DNA from: an uncultured Gammaproteobacteria bacterium
Lineage (GTDB): Bacteria > Patescibacteriota > Microgenomatia > Levybacterales > GWA1-39-11
DNA: 64,000 bases
Reading direction: 5' to 3'
NCBI GenBank assembly: GCA_964409875.1
Contig: CAYPEN010000002.1
Location: forward strand, 338,630-402,629
Shown one piece after another: positions 19,688-28,794 of this stretch. The position numbers were made by a program, and so were the translations under genes. Below the pieces are notes generated by a model. It searched no databases. It was not told where the DNA came from and saw only the letters and a list, made by a program, of their open reading frames with translations. Each line of letters opens with the position of its first letter. Position 1 is the first letter of the stretch.

Positions 19688-21133
19688 ATGAACTCTGCCC
19701 AGAAAGATGATAATGTTCCTCCTGCTGTAAATTCCGTCGTATCAAACAACAATCTCTCTTCAGAGCTTGAGCACGTTACTCAAGAGATGTATAAGAAAAA
19801 TGCGGAATTGTTCCATACCAATAAGACGCTCTCCCTACTTCAGAAAATAGAGGCAATTATTCTAAGTTCAGTTACCGATTTATGGCAAGTAGCGCAACAA
19901 GTTGCCGATGTTATTGCTTCGGAAGCCGAATTCAAGCGGGTATCAATTTTTATAATCAACGAGCAGGATGGATTGGTGAGACTTGCAGCTTCAAGCGGTG
20001 AGGCAGTAGCTCGGGCCGAGTTTTTAGTAAAAAAACAATTCCCGAGCCTTCGGATACCGCTTCATAACGAGACCAATCTTTTAGTAAGAGTCGCAAAAAC
20101 CGCACGTCTTCAGTATACCAATAACTATTTTGATATTCTGACACCCGAATTTACACCTCAAGAGGCAGCAATAATACAACAGACCCTTAACACAAAATCA
20201 ATATATGCACATCCATTAGTAATTCGTGGTGAGGTTATTGGGGTATTATCCATAAGTCTTGGCGAGACCACTCCGGACATATCGGATTATGAGCGTGACC
20301 TTATGGAGCGGCTAGCTGGAATTATAGGAATCGCGATTGATAATTCACTCTTGTATAAGGATATACAAGAGGCAAATGAAAAACTGAAACAGCTGGATAA
20401 ACTGAAAGACGAATTTGTTTCTCTTGCCTCTCACGAATTAAGAACTCCGATGACTGTTATTAAGTCTTACATCTGGATGTTATTGGAAGGAAAAGTTGGT
20501 GACCTTTCAGAAAAACAAAAATCATACTTAGAACGGACTTATACTTCTACCGACAGACTTATCAATATGGTCAATGACATGTTGAATATTTCGCGAATCG
20601 AGTCGGGTAGGCTTACGATAGAACCGAAGGCACTTTCTATGTCTTCCCTTATTCAGGAGGTTGTAGGCGAAATGCAAACAAGAGCCAGTGAGCAACAGCT
20701 TGCATTAGTGTTTGCATCTCCTCAAGGAGAAATGCCGGATGTTTTTGCTGACCCTGACAAAATAAAACAAGTTCTCATCAACCTTATAGGAAATTCTCTC
20801 AAATTTACACCTCAAGGAGGAAACATCACACTTATTTGTGAGCAAAAAGACGGATATATTGTTACTCATGTGAAAGATACCGGAAAAGGAATAAAGAGTG
20901 AGGATATGGATAAGTTATTTAAGAAATTCAATATGCTTGGAGGAAATTATCTGACAAAACAGGCAGGACAAGGTACCGGTCTAGGACTATACTTATCGAA
21001 ATCATTGATAGAATTACATAAAGGTCGCATTTGGGTATCATCAGCGGGCGAGGGGAAGGGAACAACATTCTCATTCTCACTTCCTATTATGCAAGCTATA
21101 CAGCTCCAGCAGGTTGAGCAAGATACAGCTTGA
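19688..21133 (+). CDS. Cytoplasmic GAF-domain sensor histidine kinase
   Basis: GAF (PLVIRGEVIGVL), H-box SHELRTP, N-box NLIGNSLKFT, DTGKGI, GTGLGL. Confidence 0.93.
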   Translation: MNSAQKDDNVPPAVNSVVSNNNLSSELEHVTQEMYKKNAELFHTNKTLSLLQKIEAIILSSVTDLWQVAQQVADVIASEAEFKRVSIFIINEQDGLVRLAASSGEAVARAEFLVKKQFPSLRIPLHNETNLLVRVAKTARLQYTNNYFDILTPEFTPQEAAIIQQTLNTKSIYAHPLVIRGEVIGVLSISLGETTPDISDYERDLMERLAGIIGIAIDNSLLYKDIQEANEKLKQLDKLKDEFVSLASHELRTPMTVIKSYIWMLLEGKVGDLSEKQKSYLERTYTSTDRLINMVNDMLNISRIESGRLTIEPKALSMSSLIQEVVGEMQTRASEQQLALVFASPQGEMPDVFADPDKIKQVLINLIGNSLKFTPQGGNITLICEQKDGYIVTHVKDTGKGIKSEDMDKLFKKFNMLGGNYLTKQAGQGTGLGLYLSKSLIELHKGRIWVSSAGEGKGTTFSFSLPIMQAIQLQQVEQDTA

Positions 21134-21485
21134 CTTCTTTTATTAAGTCCCCAGGGGTAATTTGACTTTTAATTAGATACCCGGTTCCTAAGAGAAGGGC
21201 TTCTTTGATTTCTTCCCCTTTATCAAGGTTAGTTAAAAATATAATGCTTTTATTGGGAACTTGCGGTTGAGGCATTTCTTTTGCTTTTTTTGCCACCTCA
21301 AGTCCGGATAACTTGGGCATAATAATGTCCAACAAGACTAAATCCCAGCCTCCTTGAGATAATTTTTGTAGCGCATCTTCTCCATCAACAGCAGTTGTAA
21401 CCTGATACCCTTCTGTTTTTAGAATGTCTGCGTATAGTTCACGCAAAAACTCATCATCTTCGGCGATCAATATCTTCTTTTCCAT
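21096..21485 (-). CDS. Single-domain response regulator (CheY-like)
   Basis: ILIAEDD, LLDIIMP, FLTN, YLIK. Confidence 0.92.
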   Translation of the reverse strand: MEKKILIAEDDEFLRELYADILKTEGYQVTTAVDGEDALQKLSQGGWDLVLLDIIMPKLSGLEVAKKAKEMPQPQVPNKSIIFLTNLDKGEEIKEALLLGTGYLIKSQITPGDLIKEVKLYLAQPAGAV

Positions 21486-21536
21486 AGGAAAATAATCGTA
21501 CCATCAACAAAGAATGAAAGTCAATGAATTCGAGGC

Positions 21537-22028
21537 TTAACGTGTCACCGAAATTGTTTGTGACAACTCGGCTGCGGGTGCAGCGACAGTGATTCTACTA
21601 TCAGTTGTGCTTCTACCAATAGTATAATTTGTATTATAAGTGGCACCGCAGTTAGTGACAGGGCTTCCGTTATTGGTCAATGGATCAACCGGAAGTGCTG
21701 CCATATATTGTGAAGTTAATACCGCACAAAGGTCAGCGCGCGCTGCGATGCCTGCATCGTTTGTTATTGTACAGGGAGCGGCTGGTGTACAAGATACAGC
21801 AATACCCGGAGGAAGTGCGCCTTTGTTGTCTGCTGCATATTGCCCAACTGCATTCAGGATTGCATTAACATCGCTTGACCTCTTCGTATTGTTTGCTTGT
21901 GAGAATTGCCTTGCAGGGTTAATAGCGATAAGAGTGATTGCAAGAAGAACTGCAAGAATTCCGATAACTACCAACAACTCAATCAAAGTGAAACCTTTTT
22001 GGGATTTTCTGAGGTGGGCAAGCTTCAT
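21537..22028 (-). CDS. Type IV major pilin-like protein
   Basis: Class III signal QKG|FTLIELLVVIGIL. Confidence 0.9.
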   Translation of the reverse strand: MKLAHLRKSQKGFTLIELLVVIGILAVLLAITLIAINPARQFSQANNTKRSSDVNAILNAVGQYAADNKGALPPGIAVSCTPAAPCTITNDAGIAARADLCAVLTSQYMAALPVDPLTNNGSPVTNCGATYNTNYTIGRSTTDSRITVAAPAAELSQTISVTR

Positions 22029-22031
22029 AAA

Positions 22032-22505
22032 TTAGCGGGTAACCGTAATTGTTTGACCAAGCTCTGCTGCAGGAGCAGTTACAGTGATTCTATTATCAGA
22101 TGCTGAACGAACTACAGTGTAGTTGGTATTATAATTTGCAGTGCAGTCAGTGATAGGAGTTCCGTTATTAGTCAATGGATCAACAGGAAGCGCAGCCATA
22201 TATTGAGTGACAAGTGCAGCGCAAATATCTGCATCGTTGGCGGGTGTTCCACTCTTTTGAATCGTAAGTGCTGATGTTGTTATTCCTGCTGGAAGCGTGC
22301 CCTTGTTATCGGCTGCATATTGACCGATAGCATTTAAGATTGCATTTACATCAGATGACCTCTTCGTATTGTTTGCTTGCGAGAATTGCCTTGCAGGGTT
22401 AATAGCGATAAGAGTGATTGCAAGAAGAACTGCAAGGATACCAATGACTACAAGAAGCTCGATGAGAGTGAAACCTTTTTGATTTTTCAACTGGGCAGTT
22501 TTCAT
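22032..22505 (-). CDS. Type IV major pilin-like protein (paralog of the neighbour)
   Basis: QKG|FTLIELLVVIGIL; start may be 22505 or 22526. Confidence 0.9.
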   Translation of the reverse strand: MKTAQLKNQKGFTLIELLVVIGILAVLLAITLIAINPARQFSQANNTKRSSDVNAILNAIGQYAADNKGTLPAGITTSALTIQKSGTPANDADICAALVTQYMAALPVDPLTNNGTPITDCTANYNTNYTVVRSASDNRITVTAPAAELGQTITVTR

Positions 22506-22633
22506 ATCTGTATCTATCATAATCATAATTGTTTTTTTGTGTCAAGACCCAATTTAAGAGAATTACAAATGAAAAGTATACTGAAAATTTGAGGTTAAAA
22601 TACCAAAAAAGCGTCTTTTGAAGAAATATTCTA

Positions 22634-23326
22634 CTATTTCATGTTAAGTAGCATAAATCCTAAGATAGCAAATAAGATAATAAAAACTCCTATCATGGCA
22701 AACAATCTGATGTTGCTCTTTTTTTGTTGTGGTTCTTTTTTTGCACTTGTCTGTTGAGAGGAGGGTGGTCTGTCTTTCTCAAGAGTAAGCATTGATATCT
22801 GCTTGTAGTTGCCAGTCTTTCTTAAGAATTGCATAGCATTATCAACGGTTAAGTTCTGAATAAGCTCTTTGTCATTTCCAAGCATATTGTAGGGAATAAT
22901 CATTTCAAAGTTAAATCCGGCTTTCTCAAAACTCACCTTCAATTCTTGGAAGAGATCTTCATTGAAGCCAATAACTTTTACCCCTTTTTCTATGGGGTAA
23001 TTTTTTGACATCGTACTGTCAAATGGGATAGTATCAACAAATTTTCTTACGGCATCCTCCTGTTCCTCGGCCGGCAAGCCGGTTATTTCCTTTTCGAAAG
23101 TAATATTGGGAGAGAGGATTATTGTAATTAATGCAGGAGTAATTCGGTATTGCTCGATAAAATTTTTCACCTGCCCAAGAATTGAGGCTCCATTGATTAC
23201 ATCCATATCTTTTACCGAAGTTTCAAGGAATGCCATACTTATAACTGTAGGTAAACCGTTCTCAAAAAAGTAGAACCCGTTCCTATCCAGGTAAAGTAAT
23301 GCCGGTTGTTTTTTTGCGAATTCCAT
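22634..23326 (-). CDS. Pilus assembly accessory protein (PilM/PilN-like; cytoplasmic domain plus C-terminal TM)
   Basis: Position in pil operon, TGATG coupling at 23324-23328, C-terminal TM; homology inferred only. Confidence 0.5.
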   Translation of the reverse strand: MEFAKKQPALLYLDRNGFYFFENGLPTVISMAFLETSVKDMDVINGASILGQVKNFIEQYRITPALITIILSPNITFEKEITGLPAEEQEDAVRKFVDTIPFDSTMSKNYPIEKGVKVIGFNEDLFQELKVSFEKAGFNFEMIIPYNMLGNDKELIQNLTVDNAMQFLRKTGNYKQISMLTLEKDRPPSSQQTSAKKEPQQKKSNIRLFAMIGVFIILFAILGFMLLNMK

Positions 23327-23709
23327 CAGATCTCCTTCCAAGAAGTTGCGGTTAGAGTATTGTTGCTCGTATCAACGATTACCTGAATAGTTCTTGTAAA
23401 GTTATTCAATGTTCCTTTTGATAGTATCGTTTTTGGGTTAGTTCCGGTAATCGTAATGACTGCTTGTCCACTTCCGACCGTCAACGTCTCGCCCGTATAA
23501 TTCGGGTCTCTTAATAATTTAATCATAGCAGTTTCGGCACCACTTTCTGCAATATCCAGAGAGTTCGCTCCTTGATATATTTTATCTGTCCCCTTAGAAC
23601 TGTTGATGACAAGCGCAATTGATGCGGTCGTAACCACTATCGCAATTATCATATATGTCAACAAGACAATAAGCGTTTGGCCTTTTTGTTTGTGGAATGA
23701 ATTTTTCAT
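23326..23709 (-). CDS. Minor pilin, PilX-like
   Basis: QKG|QTLIVLL (no Glu5), AESGAETAM motif. Confidence 0.75.
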   Translation of the reverse strand: MKNSFHKQKGQTLIVLLTYMIIAIVVTTASIALVINSSKGTDKIYQGANSLDIAESGAETAMIKLLRDPNYTGETLTVGSGQAVITITGTNPKTILSKGTLNNFTRTIQVIVDTSNNTLTATSWKEI

Positions 23710-24200
23710 CTGAGTCCTGCGGTTGTTTGGAATATTTGTTGATCTGAAATTCCTCTTGTGGTGACGTTCCCTGAAACCGTAAAGTTAATTCTGACGGTGT
23801 CTTTTGCGCTTGGGCTTCCCACTTTAGTAAAAAGCAGGTTCGAAACCGATGACCCTTCCCCATTCAATACATAAGAACCTGTGGGGTCTGTTACTACAAT
23901 GTTGTTGTTGGTCAACGAATACGTGTAATTTTGTCCACCTATCACAAGTTTCATCGTTGCAGATGTACTCCCAAAAACTGAAGGTTCTGTCACTTGAGAA
24001 GCACGTCCTACATCGTAAATAAACCGTGAGTAAATATATCTCCCGTCATCTGCCACATTTGATGTATTTTTAGAACCCAATTGATTGTCAATAATTGTTG
24101 TAAATATATCCGTAAAGATGAGCACCAAAACAGTAAGAAGCCCCATATATATGAGAAGTTCGACCAGTGTGAATCCTCCTTGTTTTTTTGACTGTTTCAT
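23706..24200 (-). CDS. Minor type IV pilin
   Basis: QGG|FTLVELLIYMGLL. Confidence 0.85.
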   Translation of the reverse strand: MKQSKKQGGFTLVELLIYMGLLTVLVLIFTDIFTTIIDNQLGSKNTSNVADDGRYIYSRFIYDVGRASQVTEPSVFGSTSATMKLVIGGQNYTYSLTNNNIVVTDPTGSYVLNGEGSSVSNLLFTKVGSPSAKDTVRINFTVSGNVTTRGISDQQIFQTTAGLR

Positions 24201-27163
24201 TATGGTGAGTAATTGATGTTTGCATCAAGAATCGTGGGAGTTACATTGAAATCGGTAGTTGAGAGAAATGCCTTATATCTTACGCATTGGGCGGGGTTTT
24301 GAAAACCGGCAATACCCGTGAGTGGTATTGCACCGCCGCTCGAAGGGAAAAACGTGTTTGCGGTACCGTCTGGTCCTACATACACGTAGGAGGCATTAGT
24401 GCAGGAACCATTTACAGGCATAGTTGCGGCGACTTGAAATTGAAGCGTACTGTTTGCAGGGACTGTTGTGGTTGTAGAAAGTCTGTTGAGTGCTGCAACA
24501 CTGCCGAGGTCTTGCGGAGCAGACTCATACGTTCCTGTATCAAGATAGGTTCCGTCAGGTCCACCTTGGATAATCTTGAGCTCGTTTGCACCGGTGTTTG
24601 ATACAAGGTACGCGAATTTATCGTTATCTGCTTCGGTGACTGAGGCAAGGTCTGAGAAGCCCTGGTTAAAATCAAGGCTGCCGCAATATGTTGGAGAGGA
24701 CTCATTACTGATATTGATTACTTGGTATTCAGAGGCATTATTGCTGTTTGAGATTCCGTCTTTTCCAACAATAATTGCCCGCGAACCGTTGAATACGGTT
24801 AGTGAGCGTCGCGGATAGAGTTCAGCATTGGCGCCGCTTCCATAGTAATATCCGCTTGTTGCTCCACTCGAAGGAGTACCGGTTAAGAATTTAGGTGCAG
24901 ACTTGTTGGATGTGTCAAGAATGTAAAATTGCCAGCTGTCAGGAACACCATCATTGTTTGCATCCACAGTTCCATTGGAAGAAATATAGGCGCGTGTTGC
25001 ATCAGGGCTTGCAAAAACTGAATTGGCCGTTTCTTGCGTGTTCGCATTTGAATTGAAGTCAAGCGAACTTATTCTTTTCCATCCTGCATTGCCGCTTGCA
25101 ATAGTCCCGCAGGTAGTATTACTTACAGCAGGACTTGTGCTACCTGATGGCACACTGGACACATTTGCGATATCAAATTCCGGGTCGGTTCCGGCTCCTA
25201 CAGCAACATACACATACGTGTTGGCTCCAACTTTCACAGGATAGATATCGTTGTCCGCATAAATTTGGGTGTTTCCACCATCCACGCATGCGGTTTGTCC
25301 TGCAGATTCTGAACCCCAATTGGTGCCAGTGCTCCCGGCTGCGTACTTGCGAATCTTGCTTGTTGTTGCATTACAATCATATCCATCAAGCTCTATACGG
25401 CAGCCTACCATATCAAGTCCATTGGAAGGCGTTTTGCTGTCAATATTGCTTAGGTCAAATGTATAAAGAAATCCGCCTGAAATGGCGTATCCCTTGTCAT
25501 CAAGAACAGCTATTGAAGCAGCACCGGCACCATAAGGGGCTTGGTCACTTGTTGTAAGAGTGCCTCCACTGAAGTGGACTTTTACTGCAACCCAGTCAAG
25601 AGAAAATGTTCGTGATGTAGTACTTGCAACATCTATTACACGTACTCGAAAGTTGGCATCAGAAAAATCAGAATTGCTCCACGTCCTTCCCCAATTATCT
25701 GATGCGCTCCCGAGGGTATATGTTGCATTTGAAGTTGTAAGATTGCCTGTCGATTGTGCGCTTGTCCATGTAGTGCCTCCATCCCACGACAGTTGAACAC
25801 ATATCTTGGGTGTGCCCGTCGTGCTATCCGTCTTTCCGTCAATGCGGACCTCAATTCCATCAATTGTTCCGCCGGTCGGAAGGGAAATTCCGTAATTATA
25901 GAATCTGTGTCTATCTTTATCAGAACCCGTGCAATTTGTTCCGGTTCCGTTCCCGCTATTGGTGTCTGTTGCATACGAATTGTTGGAGGAATAGGCACGG
26001 GTTGCATTCGTTTCGTAGCCGTTTCCGTCTCCTCCGGAATCGGCAGCATTTGCGGTTGGACTCAAAAAACCAGTGTCGAGTCCGGTACCCGGCTGGTAAA
26101 TTTTTGTATCAAAATACGTCCAGTATTTATATATCTTATTAACGTAGTCCTGATACTCGCCATTATTTGTGTTGTCATTGGAGGGGTCGTTGTCATCAAC
26201 AAGGACTGCAATAACTTCGTGGTCCGGTTTTGTCGTTGCGATAAGAGCATAAAGTTTTCCGGAACTCGATTTGTAATACTTTACCGCGTTCGTAATGAAA
26301 CTATTATCCAATCCTGGCGTTGAGGGAACCCATCCAGGGTTGCTGTATTTTGTCGCATCAAGCGTGAAAGTTCCCCTCAGTGTTGGGACAGGAGGGTCGG
26401 TATTGGCTGTCACTTTTACATGGGCAAGTTTGTACGAATTTGTTGTATTAGGAGAAATTGCGACAAACACATCGTTAGGTATATTAATGCTTTGTGCGCT
26501 GGCGGTTGCGGATACTGCCACCGGAGGACCATCAGGTAGGGTGATTGTGGCGCTTGAAAAACTCGGTGAGCACCATTTCCCTTTGGTGTTAGGCGCAAGA
26601 GTAATCTCCCCTCCAGACGAATTGGTAACCGATGTATCGGAGAGTGTACCGGCGTTGAAATCGGCTTCAGTTGTTTGTGTTTTTACAGCGTTTTGTAAGT
26701 AGCGCGTGACGTATATGGTCGAATCAACAGAAGAAGCGTAAGGTTGTCCCCATGTGACTTGGATATATACCTTTTTGGTAGAAGGATCAAATGTTCCACC
26801 GTTGTCAACAATTGCCCCGTTGCTATCTCTATACACATCGCTTACCGTGATTGTTCTGGTCAAGCCGTTTACCGTTTCACTTCCCGAGGCAAACGCCCAG
26901 TTGTTTCCTGAGATCAGCGGATGGTATGTGCCATTAACAGAGAAGAGTGACCACCCTTGCCCACGGACATTTCGTACAACTTCTTCTGCCTCTTTCATAA
27001 GAGCTACTGCTTGGACCCGCTGTCCTTGCTGGGCCTTGCCCTGTTTTGATGAGAACAGTCCCGTTAAAAGAGCAGGGAGCATAATTGCAGTGATTGCTAT
27101 CGCCAAAAGCATCTCTACGAGTAGCTGTCCTCTTTGGTTAGTCGATTTGGATAATCGTTCCAT
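24200..27163 (-). CDS. Very large minor pilin / tip adhesin
   Basis: QRG|QLLVEMLLAI prepilin signal followed by about 950 aa of beta-rich Ser/Thr/Asn domains. Confidence 0.8.
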   Translation of the reverse strand: MERLSKSTNQRGQLLVEMLLAIAITAIMLPALLTGLFSSKQGKAQQGQRVQAVALMKEAEEVVRNVRGQGWSLFSVNGTYHPLISGNNWAFASGSETVNGLTRTITVSDVYRDSNGAIVDNGGTFDPSTKKVYIQVTWGQPYASSVDSTIYVTRYLQNAVKTQTTEADFNAGTLSDTSVTNSSGGEITLAPNTKGKWCSPSFSSATITLPDGPPVAVSATASAQSINIPNDVFVAISPNTTNSYKLAHVKVTANTDPPVPTLRGTFTLDATKYSNPGWVPSTPGLDNSFITNAVKYYKSSSGKLYALIATTKPDHEVIAVLVDDNDPSNDNTNNGEYQDYVNKIYKYWTYFDTKIYQPGTGLDTGFLSPTANAADSGGDGNGYETNATRAYSSNNSYATDTNSGNGTGTNCTGSDKDRHRFYNYGISLPTGGTIDGIEVRIDGKTDSTTGTPKICVQLSWDGGTTWTSAQSTGNLTTSNATYTLGSASDNWGRTWSNSDFSDANFRVRVIDVASTTSRTFSLDWVAVKVHFSGGTLTTSDQAPYGAGAASIAVLDDKGYAISGGFLYTFDLSNIDSKTPSNGLDMVGCRIELDGYDCNATTSKIRKYAAGSTGTNWGSESAGQTACVDGGNTQIYADNDIYPVKVGANTYVYVAVGAGTDPEFDIANVSSVPSGSTSPAVSNTTCGTIASGNAGWKRISSLDFNSNANTQETANSVFASPDATRAYISSNGTVDANNDGVPDSWQFYILDTSNKSAPKFLTGTPSSGATSGYYYGSGANAELYPRRSLTVFNGSRAIIVGKDGISNSNNASEYQVINISNESSPTYCGSLDFNQGFSDLASVTEADNDKFAYLVSNTGANELKIIQGGPDGTYLDTGTYESAPQDLGSVAALNRLSTTTTVPANSTLQFQVAATMPVNGSCTNASYVYVGPDGTANTFFPSSGGAIPLTGIAGFQNPAQCVRYKAFLSTTDFNVTPTILDANINYSP

Positions 27164-27716
27164 ATTTATTAAAGTGTAATGTTTTTGTCTTTCCACTTGA
27201 TGTATTTGTTAGGGTAATTGTGTTTTGTCCTTGCACGAATCCAACTATTTCTCCGCTTTCAGAGGCAAAAAGAATTGTCGTGTTGGGGAATGTAGAGCTT
27301 AGAGTGTAACCGCTTTCAACCGGTACGGAAAAATTAGTCGTGTCTGCGGGATTGTAACTTGCTCCATGAAAGAGAACATATTGGTTAGAAAGAATTTTTA
27401 CCCCATAATTATCTGGAGTTCCTCTTCCTTCTGTATCGCCTACCATAGCCTTTATCTGTTGGTTCTTAAGATCTGAAGTTAAAACTGAAGCGGTTGAACT
27501 GTTTGTTGAAATGACCCGTACATTAAAAATACTAATAAAAGTTATTGAAAAAAGTAATCCAAGGATTCCGACAACGATAAGAAGTTCAACGAGTGTCAGT
27601 CCTTTATTTGAGGACATAAAACAATAGATATGAGGTAATAGGTGGTGCTGTTTTGTGTTTTTGTCCCACGATTTCTCCTTACTTCTATCTTTTGGCTTCT
27701 GACTTGTTGTTTTCAT
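27138..27716 (-). CDS. Minor type IV pilin (FimT/GspH-like)
   Basis: NKG|LTLVELLIVVGIL; start 27716 (coupled to pilC) or 27617. Confidence 0.8.
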   Translation of the reverse strand: MKTTSQKPKDRSKEKSWDKNTKQHHLLPHIYCFMSSNKGLTLVELLIVVGILGLLFSITFISIFNVRVISTNSSTASVLTSDLKNQQIKAMVGDTEGRGTPDNYGVKILSNQYVLFHGASYNPADTTNFSVPVESGYTLSSTFPNTTILFASESGEIVGFVQGQNTITLTNTSSGKTKTLHFNKYGTIIQID

Positions 27717-27717
27717 T

Positions 27718-28788
27718 TTAGTGTCCACCAACCTGTCCGATAAGCCCATAAATTGGGGCAATTATTGCGAGCATCATGCCTCCCACCAATACTCCGACAA
27801 ATATCAGCATTATTGGTTCAAGAAGTGTTGTAAGGGTCTTAAGCGTTTTATCGACCTGATAATCAAGATAATCGGCTACATCCTGCATTGATTTATCCAA
27901 AGAACCGCTTTTTTCACCGGCTTCCGTTATTTTTATCATGATGTTTGGAAAAATATGTTTCGCGAATTTAAGACCATCCGACAATTCGCTCCCTCCAAGT
28001 ACTACCTCTTTACAATGTGAAATCGCATCTGCAACTTCTTTTTTTAAGACAACCTCTTGCGCCAATTCAAGTGCAGCGGCTATCGGAATACCGGCGTTGA
28101 GGAGGAGAAATAGGCTGCGTGAGAATCTGGTTAAGTCTATTTGTTTTGCAAGGGTTGAAACAAGGGGAAGCATAAATAGCGCATGAAGAAACGCACGCTT
28201 CTTTTCTCTATATAGGAAGAAGAGCCCTACGACAATCAATGCAATGCCAAGAATGACAAAAACGGTATACTTGGTAAGTAGTTGCGACATACCGATTAGG
28301 ATTTGGGTAGGAAGAGGAAGGGCGACGTTCAGTCTTAAGAAAACCCCCGAAATCTTCGGTACGACAACGACAAGAATCATGGTAAGAACACCAGCAAAGA
28401 CGAAAAAGATAAGAACAGGATAGGTAAGTGCGCCTTTTATTCTGTCCATAAATTCTGCATCTTTCTTAATTGAGGTTTTAAGGTCGGTAAGCGTTACATC
28501 AAGTGTGCCTGCTTCTTCAGATGCTTTAATAAGATTTACCGTGATTTTGTCAAATACTTTCGGGAACCGGGCAAATGCATCTGAAACATGGCTTCCTTGG
28601 GATAGGTCTGCTTTGAGGCTTTCAAGCAGCTTTTTTTGGCTTCCTTTTGCATCCTCAAGCAGTGAATCGACCACTTCAAGGATGGGAATTCCTGCAGATA
28701 GCATGGTAGCAAGGTTACTCACAAGCCCCAATTTCTCGGCGGTTGAGAGTCTTAAAGATTGTGGATTTGAGTTGTTAAATAAGGCCAT
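27718..28788 (-). CDS. pilC: Type IV pilus platform protein PilC/GspF
   Basis: LATMLSAGIPI, ASEEAGTLD, ALTYP, AGEKSGSLD, LLEPIM. Confidence 0.92.
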   Translation of the reverse strand: MALFNNSNPQSLRLSTAEKLGLVSNLATMLSAGIPILEVVDSLLEDAKGSQKKLLESLKADLSQGSHVSDAFARFPKVFDKITVNLIKASEEAGTLDVTLTDLKTSIKKDAEFMDRIKGALTYPVLIFFVFAGVLTMILVVVVPKISGVFLRLNVALPLPTQILIGMSQLLTKYTVFVILGIALIVVGLFFLYREKKRAFLHALFMLPLVSTLAKQIDLTRFSRSLFLLLNAGIPIAAALELAQEVVLKKEVADAISHCKEVVLGGSELSDGLKFAKHIFPNIMIKITEAGEKSGSLDKSMQDVADYLDYQVDKTLKTLTTLLEPIMLIFVGVLVGGMMLAIIAPIYGLIGQVGGH

Positions 28789-28794
28789 ATTAAA

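Noticed and set aside
21537-22526. Diversity-generating retroelement TR/VR pair in the pilins
   Set aside because: Differences are not adenine-specific, both copies are intact genes and no reverse transcriptase is present
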